From: a virus
IMG/VR virus record: IMGVR_UViG_3300031578_000001
DNA: 64,000 nucleotides
Direction: 5' to 3' (one strand)
Below the pieces are notes generated by a model. The model was not told where the DNA came from. It was given only the letters and a program-made list of their open reading frames with translations, and searched no databases. Positions 55,842-64,000 of this stretch are shown here, piece after piece. Positions within the stretch are counted from its first letter, which is position 1. Every line of letters begins with the position of its first letter. Both the position numbers and the translations under genes were made by a program.

Positions 55842-56152
55842 GTATTCCTCCCAATCTGGTAGCGGTCCTTCCTGGCCTGCCGCCCCGCTTCCCATTCGAT
55901 GATCATTTTCGCGAGGAGGTCACCGTCACCGGCTGCTTTCACGTGGTAGACGGCGATCGTCGGTGAGTACCACACACGAGGATTCAGCTGGTCCGCCCAT
56001 CCGTAGTGTCCTGGCCACTTGATCACGAGGGTCTCTCTGTTCTGTGCGAGAACGATCCCGAGACCTCCATGGTCTACGCCGTGCATCTTGGCCTTTCCAT
56101 CGGCGATTGTGATTCGTCCGTCCATGGTGTATAGATCCTCCCTTGCACCCAA
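55838..56152 (-). CDS. hypothetical protein
   Basis: About 100 aa; exact start uncertain. Confidence 0.5.
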   Translation of the reverse strand: MGAREDLYTMDGRITIADGKAKMHGVDHGGLGIVLAQNRETLVIKWPGHYGWADQLNPRVWYSPTIAVYHVKAAGDGDLLAKMIIEWEAGRQARKDRYQIGRNT

Positions 56153-56162
56153 CCGTTGGGTT

Positions 56163-56756
56163 CTACATGACGTCGACGCCGTACGCCTTCCAGATCTCCT
56201 CGGTTCCCTTCCTGGCCCTGTCGACGAGGGCGTTGATCTGCCGCATGGTGAGGCTGGTCACGTCCCACACGAACTCGATCTGCTTCTCCATGCGACCGTG
56301 GTTTGATCCGTAGTTCCAGTGTTTCTCGCCGTCCCTCTTGTGCTTGTCGAGGTGCTTGTCCTCGCTCATGACCTCGATCCTGGCACAGAGGTCACGGCTC
56401 GCCTTGAAGATCTTCGTCCAGGCGGGTGAGTCGTCTGAGAAGGCGACGAACTCCGTGACCAGGATCGTGATGAAGCGGCGCTCCTTGGTGACGGCGTAGA
56501 CGCGGAAGCGGGAGTTGTTGATAGACTGCTTCTCCAGCACGGACTTCACCATGAACGCATCGATCCACGGGAAGGCGTCGTCCACCTGCTTCTCGATGGC
56601 CTCGAGGACGGCCTTGTCCATCTTCGCCCTGTCCTCCTTCTTGCTGCTCGTGATGACCTTGACCGGGATACCGATCGTGTTCAGGTTCACGGAGCCTCCC
56701 ACCAGGTTCTTGTTCAGGAAAATCTCGCCCAATGAGTTGATTGTGATGCTCTTCAT
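56163..56756 (-). CDS. hypothetical protein
   Basis: 197 aa; GAGGAGG SD. Confidence 0.65.
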   Translation of the reverse strand: MKSITINSLGEIFLNKNLVGGSVNLNTIGIPVKVITSSKKEDRAKMDKAVLEAIEKQVDDAFPWIDAFMVKSVLEKQSINNSRFRVYAVTKERRFITILVTEFVAFSDDSPAWTKIFKASRDLCARIEVMSEDKHLDKHKRDGEKHWNYGSNHGRMEKQIEFVWDVTSLTMRQINALVDRARKGTEEIWKAYGVDVM

Positions 56757-57118
56757 CCGTTCCTCCTCTCGAGTGATGCTCTCTGGTTACGACGTCCCTT
56801 CAGGTACTCGAGATCCTCAGGGTTCTTTCCATAAAGGGCCTCGAGGGTTTCCTCGATGAGATGTGGTGCGATCCTCCCATCCTTGATCAGAAGATGGACT
56901 GCCTTGGCGCAAAGACGGGCGTCGTTTGGATGACCCGTCACCCGCACCCAGCGGCTGGGCTTTATCACGCTGGCATCGGGGAGGTCGATGTTGGTGTCGG
57001 TCAGGTGCTCGAGCGTGCGGATGTTCCTCCCTTCGCGTCCAATGAGACGTCCCACCATCTCGTCGAGATTCTCGCTTTCGATACGAACGTGCACGGTCTT
57101 GTCCGCCGGCGCTTCCAT
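56753..57118 (-). CDS. stand-alone RNase Y-type KH-domain protein
   Basis: EMVGRLIGREGRNIRTLE (GXXG loop) and LLIKDGRIAP..IEE closely resemble the RNase Y KH region. Confidence 0.75.
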   Translation of the reverse strand: MEAPADKTVHVRIESENLDEMVGRLIGREGRNIRTLEHLTDTNIDLPDASVIKPSRWVRVTGHPNDARLCAKAVHLLIKDGRIAPHLIEETLEALYGKNPEDLEYLKGRRNQRASLERRNG

Positions 57119-57148
57119 GGTTACCTCCGGAATTGGGTTTCGATGTCT

Positions 57149-57721
57149 CTACCACAGGACTGGTAGATCACGCGGATTCTGCCCGTACTCCACGGCGAGC
57201 TTGGCCAATTTCGCCGCCTGCTTGTAGATCTCTTTGCGGGGGTAGCGCAGGCGTCCTGCCCGATCGTCGATGTAGAACTCGGCCGGGTTGGTCATGGCCG
57301 ATCTGGCGATCAGGCCGGCATTGGCACCTATCATCGTGTGAAGGATGATCTGCTCGACCATCAGTTTCTTGTCGTCGTCGGTCACGGGGCTTTCACGGGC
57401 CACCGTCTCTTTTGACACGTCCTTCTTCACCGTCTGATATCGGGCATCCGAGAAGACGGAGAACATGTCGGCGAGATCGTTCAGGCGCTCCCGGCAGTGT
57501 TCCATGATCTCCTGGAAGGTCTGGTCGTTGCCGTTGTTATCATCCTCGGTGTCCCAGATCTTGAAGTATCCGATGCTGATCTGAACGTATCCCGAACCCG
57601 GAGATCGTGCCACCACGAACTCCATCGCTTCGCCGTGCGCCATCATGGCTTCGTAGAACTCTTCTTGCAGGGCGTCGGCTACCGCATTAGCCGCCGCGAT
57701 CACTTCTTTGTCCACATACAT
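57149..57721 (-). CDS. hypothetical protein
   Basis: 190 aa; GGAGGAG SD. Confidence 0.65.
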   Translation of the reverse strand: MYVDKEVIAAANAVADALQEEFYEAMMAHGEAMEFVVARSPGSGYVQISIGYFKIWDTEDDNNGNDQTFQEIMEHCRERLNDLADMFSVFSDARYQTVKKDVSKETVARESPVTDDDKKLMVEQIILHTMIGANAGLIARSAMTNPAEFYIDDRAGRLRYPRKEIYKQAAKLAKLAVEYGQNPRDLPVLW

Positions 57722-57745
57722 ATCTCCTCCTGAATAAAACTTGAT

Positions 57746-57775
57746 GAGAAAAGAGAACCGGAGATCACTCTCCGG
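57746..57775 (-). terminator. intrinsic terminator
   Basis: ccggaga-tcac-tctccgg stem; TTCTCTTTT tail on the minus strand. Confidence 0.65.
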
Positions 57776-57820
57776 CCCTCCTGTTCCTCACGGATGGACT
57801 ACGACTTGGTCTCGAGGATC

Positions 57821-58078
57821 TTAGGCCTTCTTGGCCTCACACAGAATGCTCTCCTTCTCGTACTCCGGCCTGAGCAGGTCCGCCAGTTGGGAACCGATCT
57901 CCAGTTCCCAGACGGTGATATCCCTGCGCCAGTCGAAGTCCTCGGGGAGGTTGGCCTCGGGGAAGGCCTCCCTGTACGGAACGCGTTCCAGGAGGTGCTT
58001 GGCGTGGATGCACGCCATGCTCTCCCTTTGATCCCCGAGCTGCTCGCACAACTCATCCGTGAGTTCGTATCGAGGCAT
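57821..58078 (-). CDS. hypothetical protein
   Basis: GGAGGAGG SD. Confidence 0.65.
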   Translation of the reverse strand: MPRYELTDELCEQLGDQRESMACIHAKHLLERVPYREAFPEANLPEDFDWRRDITVWELEIGSQLADLLRPEYEKESILCEAKKA

Positions 58079-58114
58079 TTATCCTCCTCCAAAAATGCAC
58101 TCGTTATCCAGTTA

Positions 58115-58123
58115 TCTTATGAC
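58115..58123 (-). promoter_or_regulatory. extended -10-like motif GTCATAAGA
   Basis: Upstream of 58078. Confidence 0.45.
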
Positions 58124-58158
58124 GTAAAAGAAAGGCGTTCTTGCGAACGCCCTCTGTC

Positions 58159-58566
58159 TCACCACCTTCCCTGCCTGGCCATCTGCATGATTTGCAGCCA
58201 CCGGAGCACCCGCTCCGATACGTCCGCATATCTGGCGACGGCCTTAGCGCCAGGGAAGTGGATGCGGTAGATGTCCCCCTTGAGTTCGGGGGCCGGTTGG
58301 GCCGTCAGGACACACCCTGACGGCAACTCGGTGATCCGGCAGTTCCTCGAGGCGAGACCGGGGTCTGGTGGACTTACGCAGTCCATCGTGCAGATGGTGC
58401 GTACCTCCTCCAGACTTATGGCGACCTGGTGCAGGCCGCGTTCGGCCATTTCCCTCGAGATTTCCTTGGCGAGATCATCCATGCCTACTCCTTCACAAAA
58501 TAGGACATCGTCTTCAATCATCTTATGACATAAATTTTGTTTGTTTGCATGCTTGCATTCTTGCAA
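58159..58566 (-). CDS. hypothetical protein
   Basis: 135 aa maximum; true start may be internal. Confidence 0.45.
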   Translation of the reverse strand: MQECKHANKQNLCHKMIEDDVLFCEGVGMDDLAKEISREMAERGLHQVAISLEEVRTICTMDCVSPPDPGLASRNCRITELPSGCVLTAQPAPELKGDIYRIHFPGAKAVARYADVSERVLRWLQIMQMARQGRW

Positions 58567-58613
58567 TAGTGGTCATATGATCTCAGGCAGGAGCAGGGGG
58601 AAAGGCATCTCTG

Positions 58614-59276
58614 ATGTCGAACTGGAAAGAGAGCACGATGAAGCACCAAGCCAGGGTTGCCTTCCTCCTTGGTGTATTCTCCAGGGAACTCGCCAAGAGG
58701 GCCGTATCTCATGATGCGAGCAAGCTCGGGCCTGAAGAGGCACCGCGCTTCGAGGAGATCACCCACAAGCTTGAGGGCCTCACCTACGGGTCTCCAGAGT
58801 ACCAGGAGAGCCTGAAGGAACTCGGCCCGGCACTCGAGCACCACTACACCCACAACAGGCATCATCCCGAGCACCACGAGAGGGGTATCGGGGAGATGAA
58901 CCTGGTTGACATTATCGAGATGATCTGCGACTGGATCGCCGCGGCCGAGAGACACACTGACGGATGCCCATTCAAGAGTCTGACTAAGAACGAGGATAGA
59001 TTCCATCTATCCTTCGAGATGACGGTCATCTTTAGGCGTACCATCGCCGCCGTTCTGTCCGTCAATGCGGATGGAGGCGTCCCCCATAACGAGATCATTA
59101 TTAACCCCGACGGCTTCCTGGAATTCTGGAAGGGTTGGGGAGTCGAATGTGAGAAGAGAGAAGAAGGAGGAAATGATGCGCGAGGAACAAGCAGTGATGG
59201 AGCGAGTGGAAAGTCCAGCCGAACAGATTCTCATGAGGATCCAGAAACTCATGGGGGCGGCTCGGAGCGTGTGTGA
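58614..59276 (+). CDS. DUF5662-like HD-type protein
   Basis: HDASKL..EE, ALEHHY.HNRHHPEH, M.L.D..EM.CDW.AA motifs. Confidence 0.75.
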   Translation: MSNWKESTMKHQARVAFLLGVFSRELAKRAVSHDASKLGPEEAPRFEEITHKLEGLTYGSPEYQESLKELGPALEHHYTHNRHHPEHHERGIGEMNLVDIIEMICDWIAAAERHTDGCPFKSLTKNEDRFHLSFEMTVIFRRTIAAVLSVNADGGVPHNEIIINPDGFLEFWKGWGVECEKREEGGNDARGTSSDGASGKSSRTDSHEDPETHGGGSERV

Positions 59277-59508
59277 TGGGATCGACGGAACGGAGAGACT
59301 TCTGGTGGGGAATACTCCCAAAGACACGGATGTCGATAAGGAAGGGTCGCTGAATTCAGATCCTGTCGGCTTTCTCGCAATTCTCGACTACCGTATCAGT
59401 ATTCTGGAGACAAGGCTATCCAGGGCGCTGAAGACCCTGAGTGTTGTCAACGAACTTCTGCGAGTCCCAGAGGCGAAGACCTCCCCCAGCGTACGGAGCG
59501 ACTCCTAA
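59173..59508 (+). CDS. coiled-coil hypothetical protein
   Basis: AGGAGG SD before MMREEQ. Confidence 0.55.
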   Translation: MMREEQAVMERVESPAEQILMRIQKLMGAARSVCDGIDGTERLLVGNTPKDTDVDKEGSLNSDPVGFLAILDYRISILETRLSRALKTLSVVNELLRVPEAKTSPSVRSDS

Positions 59509-59515
59509 CTATTAG

Positions 59516-59956
59516 ATGAGACCGATGGTCAAGTATCAGAACATTCAAGAGTTCTGCGAATGTCAGTTGGTCTCCGTCTGGAATGCCTGTCGGTTCTGGG
59601 GCATTGACGAGCAGAAGATCCCTCACCAGTTCACCAAGAAATACAAGGCTGCATGCGACAGTGCCAACGCGGTTCATGGGGGCGTGATCGGGATAGACAA
59701 GCAGCTCAAGAAGTATGGCGTTAAGATGGTGGGAGGCGAACTCACCTTGAAGTGGGTGAGGGAACATTTGCCCGTGGAACTTTCGGTATTCTGTCACCGC
59801 GGATACCACAGCGTACTGGTCGTGAAGGTAGACCGTTGCGATATGATCCTGACGAACTACGCTTGGGGACGCCTCTACAGAATGAGATGGTCCCATCTGG
59901 CCAAGATCGCGGACAAGAGAATAAAGCCTCGTCAGTACATCATGAGGAAGAAATGA
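59516..59956 (+). CDS. possible C39-like cysteine peptidase fold protein
   Basis: Q....CEC.LVSVWNA followed by GYHSVLVV...D; spacing is C39-like. Confidence 0.35.
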   Translation: MRPMVKYQNIQEFCECQLVSVWNACRFWGIDEQKIPHQFTKKYKAACDSANAVHGGVIGIDKQLKKYGVKMVGGELTLKWVREHLPVELSVFCHRGYHSVLVVKVDRCDMILTNYAWGRLYRMRWSHLAKIADKRIKPRQYIMRKK

Positions 59957-60087
59957 TCGACTGCGCATTCTGTGGAGCCCAGATTCCGAAAGAAAATGTG
60001 ACCACGTGCCTGCTCGATGGGTGGGATGTCACATGCCATGAATGCGGAACCGTTATGGAAGTTGTTCTCGAGATCAAGGAGGCGTGA
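59953..60087 (+). CDS. small Zn-ribbon protein
   Basis: CAFC...CHECG; ATGA-coupled. Confidence 0.55.
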   Translation: MIDCAFCGAQIPKENVTTCLLDGWDVTCHECGTVMEVVLEIKEA

Positions 60088-60767
60088 TGAATGATCTGCC
60101 GAAAACCTGCAAGGTCTGCAACTACCGCCCGGCGTACGCTGGTGACACCTGCTACGTGTGCAAGAAGACGCCCCCTGTCATCGGCACCATCAAGAACTGT
60201 GCCCGGTGCCAGAAGGACCATATCGAGTTGTGTTTCTTTCCCCTCGCCGGTGAGCCCGTCGAAGGCATCGAAGGGAACTACACCCACTGGGCCATGTGCC
60301 CGAACAAGCAGCAACCTATCCTGCTCATGAGGGGCGTGATCGTTCCCACGATCAACACAGGGCCTCTCGAAACCGCCCTGAGGAATGTGACCCAGGCCGT
60401 GGCCGCTAAGGGGCTCGCTCCGGCCGAGATCAAGGCCGTGAAGGACATGCTACTCAAGGCCTTCAAGGTCGTCTTCAAGGATACGGCGCTCATCGTGCCG
60501 CGGAGTCCCAGGATTCGTGTCGGTCTCGAAGGCACCAACCTCGAGTTCGTCTTCGACGTTCCGGTGAGTGGTCTCCTTACTGCGGAGGAGGCTCGAGGCA
60601 TGGCCGTCATCGAGATGATGAGGCACGGGACGAAGAACGCCATGCGGCGGGCTGAGAACATGCCCGGTCCTGACGCCTGGGTCGAGAACCCGGAAGTGGA
60701 GGTGGACTTTGTTCCTGCGCCGTATCACCTGCCTGATTCGGGACCACGTCCCGGTGAAGGTGACTGA
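60087..60767 (+). CDS. hypothetical protein with N-terminal Cys-rich region
   Basis: TGATG-coupled start. Confidence 0.6.
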   Translation: MNDLPKTCKVCNYRPAYAGDTCYVCKKTPPVIGTIKNCARCQKDHIELCFFPLAGEPVEGIEGNYTHWAMCPNKQQPILLMRGVIVPTINTGPLETALRNVTQAVAAKGLAPAEIKAVKDMLLKAFKVVFKDTALIVPRSPRIRVGLEGTNLEFVFDVPVSGLLTAEEARGMAVIEMMRHGTKNAMRRAENMPGPDAWVENPEVEVDFVPAPYHLPDSGPRPGEGD

Positions 60768-60862
60768 GACATGGAAGACCTATAAAGGTGGCGTATCCAG
60801 GGTGAAGTGGCGCAAGCGTAGACGATCCTGGATTGAGTGTGGCAGATGTGGGAGGAAGATGG

Positions 60863-61876
60863 ATGTCAGAGAACAAGATTCGGATCAACAACAACCCAGA
60901 GCTCGAGTGGGACCTGGATGACAAGTGGATGGATCACCTGATCTCCTTCCTCAACGAGCGTGGAAAGGCTGCATCATTCGGAGCGGCAGCGCAGGAGAAA
61001 CTGAAGGAGAGGTTCCGGCCGTGCGAGTGCAACGCTATCCCTCACAGCAAGGAGTGTCCGAAGTCAGCGCATGGTGAAGACGAGTCCGCGATCAGGTTCG
61101 ACAACGGATCCACGATCAAGGCCGTGGCCGCCGACGGTGCCGAGCCCGTGGAGGGCGTCTCTCTCGATCTTCTCGACGAAATCGATGACCGCTCCAACGA
61201 CCGGTTCGAGGCCATGGACGAGGGCGATGTCCAGCGCATCGTCACCGTGGCTGTGCGTGAGGCTGATCGCAGTTTCCAGGCCTCCGGTGGATCATCGAGA
61301 CATTGGGTCAGGGACTGGTTCCTGCCCTACTTGCGCCAGAAGAACCTGGAGGTCGTGCGTGTGGTCGAGACAGTCGTACCTGTCGAGCATACGCCGTCGA
61401 CCAATTATCTGGATCAGATCAACGCTGTGAAGAGGGGCGTGGTCGGGGACTTGTCCGCGCTCGATTTTCTCAAGGAAGAGCCTGCTCCCACGATGCCCAA
61501 CGTCGCTGGGGCAGCGGCAGAGTTCATCCGAACGAAGATGGGAGAGCCTGCTCCCTCTTTCAATGACGTCACGATCACTGTCGGCATGAGAGGCGGTGGA
61601 TCGTTCACACTCATGGCCGACAACATCAAGTTCGAGACCACCAGGGAAGTCACCAAGCAATACGATGACCCTGGATCAAAAAAGTTCAAATTGACGCCCA
61701 GTCGTCGAATCAAAACGAGAATTTCCGTCACCGAGGCGAAGATCTACGGCTCCCCCTGGCTGGATAAGGTCTCCAAGGATTGGAAGCACATCCAGATCGT
61801 CAAGGATGGCATGGATGCCCATCAAGAGTCCCTGGCGAGAAGGAAGCAGGGGGATGAGAAAGGACCTCGGGAATGA
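60863..61876 (+). CDS. hypothetical protein
   Basis: Start MSENKIR; GGAGG SD. Confidence 0.65.
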   Translation: MSENKIRINNNPELEWDLDDKWMDHLISFLNERGKAASFGAAAQEKLKERFRPCECNAIPHSKECPKSAHGEDESAIRFDNGSTIKAVAADGAEPVEGVSLDLLDEIDDRSNDRFEAMDEGDVQRIVTVAVREADRSFQASGGSSRHWVRDWFLPYLRQKNLEVVRVVETVVPVEHTPSTNYLDQINAVKRGVVGDLSALDFLKEEPAPTMPNVAGAAAEFIRTKMGEPAPSFNDVTITVGMRGGGSFTLMADNIKFETTREVTKQYDDPGSKKFKLTPSRRIKTRISVTEAKIYGSPWLDKVSKDWKHIQIVKDGMDAHQESLARRKQGDEKGPRE

Positions 61877-62009
61877 TCCCTGTTCTCCTGGCGCTGGTTA
61901 TTGGTTTCATAGTCGGGTGGGTGGCCCGGAGCTTCCTGGTCAGCAAGCCTACCCCGTGGAGTTGAAAGAGGTACTGTCGAAGAGAGGACCGTTCAGAGGA
62001 GACTGATCA

Positions 62010-62591
62010 ATGATGGATGAGATGGAACACGAGAAGATCTGGAAAACGACTGAAGAGGCCGGTGAGATGAAATCCATGTTGGCAAAGACCGGTGGGACGC
62101 TCAAGCAGATGGTCGGCAAACAGATCGCCGGATGGAAGATCCTCTTCATGGAACAGCGAGGTCGAGACTTCAAGGTCATCTTTCAGCACATCACGAGCAA
62201 CGAGGTGAAGATCGTACATGAGCATGCCTTCGTATGGAAGGAGCAGGGCATTCCTGTTCTCCTGGCCAAAGCAGAGACTCATCCGGCTGCCGAACTGGGT
62301 CACTTCTGTGCAAAACACGGAGAGTTCTTCCACGGGGATTTCTGCGAGTTCTGCGTAGGCTTTCACGCAACTCTTCCCAAAGCCCGGTGCAGGATCTGCG
62401 GCGTCAAGCCGGTGGTTCAGGGGAACACCTGCGTCGACTGCTTCAAGGTCTTCATCGGCATGGAGGAGCCTCCGCCAGACCTCAAGGTCGAAGTCAAAGG
62501 AAAATACACGTACTACACCAGAGGTGGATATACCTACATCGAACCATTGGAGACGGGTCCCACCGCCTCCGTCATCACTCCTTCCAACTGA
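62010..62591 (+). CDS. hypothetical protein with C-terminal CxxC motifs
   Basis: 193 aa; GAGGAG SD. Confidence 0.65.
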   Translation: MMDEMEHEKIWKTTEEAGEMKSMLAKTGGTLKQMVGKQIAGWKILFMEQRGRDFKVIFQHITSNEVKIVHEHAFVWKEQGIPVLLAKAETHPAAELGHFCAKHGEFFHGDFCEFCVGFHATLPKARCRICGVKPVVQGNTCVDCFKVFIGMEEPPPDLKVEVKGKYTYYTRGGYTYIEPLETGPTASVITPSN

Positions 62592-62651
62592 ATTGGCTTT
62601 ATCTAATGTCGGTGTATACTATTGAGAGCAACCCAGATCTGGAGGAAGTAG

Positions 62652-63086
62652 ATGTTTGAGCGCAGTGATACCGTGATCGCCGCCTCTTTCTTGGACGAAC
62701 TGGAGTCCTTGGAGAAGGAATCCGGTCTCAGACATCTGGGAATGAAAGCCGGTCTTGCTGCGAGCATGCTCCTTCCTGGTGCCTGCAAGAAGTCTCCTTT
62801 CCTTCCGACCGTGGAGTTGAGCCAGAAGGAGGCTCCTGCGGCTCCTGCGGCTTCTGCGAAGGGTCGTATCGTGGAGGGCCATATCGCGAAGGGCGATCAG
62901 ATCGTGGCAGGTAAACCTAAGATCGGTGTTGGCAAGATCACCAAAGAGCAGAGAGAGAAAGAACAGTCGGACAAACTGCGTTCATGGTTTTCGGGGAAGC
63001 ACGGTCGTGAGGGGCTCAAGGAGCATCTCAAGCCGGAGAGCGACAAGCTCTTAAAGAAGTCGGTGCGTCTCTCGGGGTCGTATTAA
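62652..63086 (+). CDS. basic protein with a partial SFLDEL..LEKES motif and a lipobox-like segment
   Basis: GGAGG SD; LLPGAC segment. Confidence 0.6.
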   Translation: MFERSDTVIAASFLDELESLEKESGLRHLGMKAGLAASMLLPGACKKSPFLPTVELSQKEAPAAPAASAKGRIVEGHIAKGDQIVAGKPKIGVGKITKEQREKEQSDKLRSWFSGKHGREGLKEHLKPESDKLLKKSVRLSGSY

Positions 63087-63089
63087 GAC

Positions 63090-63428
63090 ATGGCTGCGAT
63101 CGTTCCTTTCATCGATGAGCTCGAGAAGATCGCCCAGATGAATGGTAGGAAGGGCCGGAGTGGCGAGAGAGTGATTCGCAGGGTTGTGAGGATGCTCGCC
63201 GGAGAGCGACAGAAGGATAAGTCCGAGCGGCTGATCCAGCTCATCGCCCTTCTCAGCGCCGTGGTTGGCGCCAGGCTGGCCGGAGGTTCTAAGATGGATA
63301 CAACTCTCATCAAGAAGCTTCTCAGAACGACAGCAGGCGGTACCGGGGGTGCGATACTCGGGAGTCACGCAGGTGTTCGGATCGAGGATCTTCTTCGCAA
63401 GCGTAAGAATAGGAGGAAATTGAAATGA
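63090..63428 (+). CDS. basic protein with PFIDELEKIA motif
   Basis: 112 aa. Confidence 0.65.
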   Translation: MAAIVPFIDELEKIAQMNGRKGRSGERVIRRVVRMLAGERQKDKSERLIQLIALLSAVVGARLAGGSKMDTTLIKKLLRTTAGGTGGAILGSHAGVRIEDLLRKRKNRRKLK

Positions 63429-63655
63429 TCGACAGGATCACGGATGCGTTCATCAACGAGGTGGAGAAGATCGCCCAGGGCAAAAAGTGGATCCAGGGAG
63501 CAATCAAGCATCCGGGAGCGCTCTCCAAGAAGCTCGGTGTCCCGGAGAAGGAGAATATCCCCGCCTCGAAGCTCGATGTGAAACCTGGTGATTCTCCTAC
63601 CACCGTGCACCAGAAGAACCTGGCCAAGACCCTCAAGAAGATCTCGAAGAGGTAG
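63425..63655 (+). CDS. basic protein with AFINEVEKIA motif
   Basis: KWIQGAIKHPGAL motif; ATGA-coupled. Confidence 0.7.
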   Translation: MIDRITDAFINEVEKIAQGKKWIQGAIKHPGALSKKLGVPEKENIPASKLDVKPGDSPTTVHQKNLAKTLKKISKR

Positions 63656-63681
63656 TCTGCCACTTCGACGGAGGATGGGGG

Positions 63682-64000
63682 ATGAAGTTGGACATTCAGG
63701 CCATGATCAAGAACGCCAACGGCGATGAGGGGGAATCCGAGTCGAAGGGGGAGACTCCGACCGAAGAGCAGGTCATCAAGTTCCTCCAGAAGCATCCGTC
63801 ACCGAAAGATAAGGTGTTCCACGAGTGGGCCGAGGAGAATGGCTTCAACGTCCATAAGGCCGAGGCCATCGCCTACAAGATCATCAGCGACCTCGTGAGT
63901 AAGGGACGGTCGAAAGGGCAGCATCCGCCCGGGATCGCCACGGCCGACGTGGCCAAGGGTGTGAAGATCGAGGAAGAACACACGTCGAACAAGACGATCC
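63682..64000 (+). CDS. DUF5661-like protein (3' truncated by window edge)
   Basis: Open to the end of the window; KGVKIEEEHT resembles the G.K.E.EHT motif. Confidence 0.5.
   Translation, partial: MKLDIQAMIKNANGDEGESESKGETPTEEQVIKFLQKHPSPKDKVFHEWAEENGFNVHKAEAIAYKIISDLVSKGRSKGQHPPGIATADVAKGVKIEEEHTSNKTI

Noticed and set aside
3759-63428. Genome-wide UGA recoding (genetic code 4 or 25)
   Set aside because: TGA serves as a stop in many ATGA translational couplings (3759, 3953, 32026, 36227, 37841, 63425), so only site-specific readthrough is plausible.

Overview
This 64 kb window looks like part of a large tailed dsDNA virus genome, probably a myovirus-like phage of a bacterial host. That reading rests on GGAGG Shine-Dalgarno sites, sigma70-like extended -10 motifs, intrinsic terminators and gp25/baseplate-J-like genes. 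Plus-strand blocks carry virion genes (baseplate, fibres, collar-domain receptor-binding proteins, many small basic proteins). Minus-strand blocks carry small accessory genes plus a thymidylate synthase fusion, SLOG, macrodomain, NADAR, a Toprim protein and a KH-domain protein. The standout locus is at 7585-9626 (minus strand). In order it holds a tRNA-like element, a 428-aa TnpB/Cas12-like protein with substituted RuvC catalytic residues, a 6-repeat CRISPR array with type I-E geometry, a structured RNA carrying an anti-repeat (candidate tracrRNA), and a terminator. This is a candidate virus-encoded, CRISPR-guided, nuclease-dead DNA-binding system. Other notable observations: an in-frame TGA at a paralog-conserved Cys of a tail collar protein; a second in-frame TGA in an HTH gene; a shared F-x-D/E-E-L/I-x-K-I-A motif in 13 plus-strand ORFs; a ~700-nt heavily base-paired intergenic region; and two tRNA-like genes with non-canonical anticodon arms. 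All protein family calls come from motif recognition by eye; no database searches were run.
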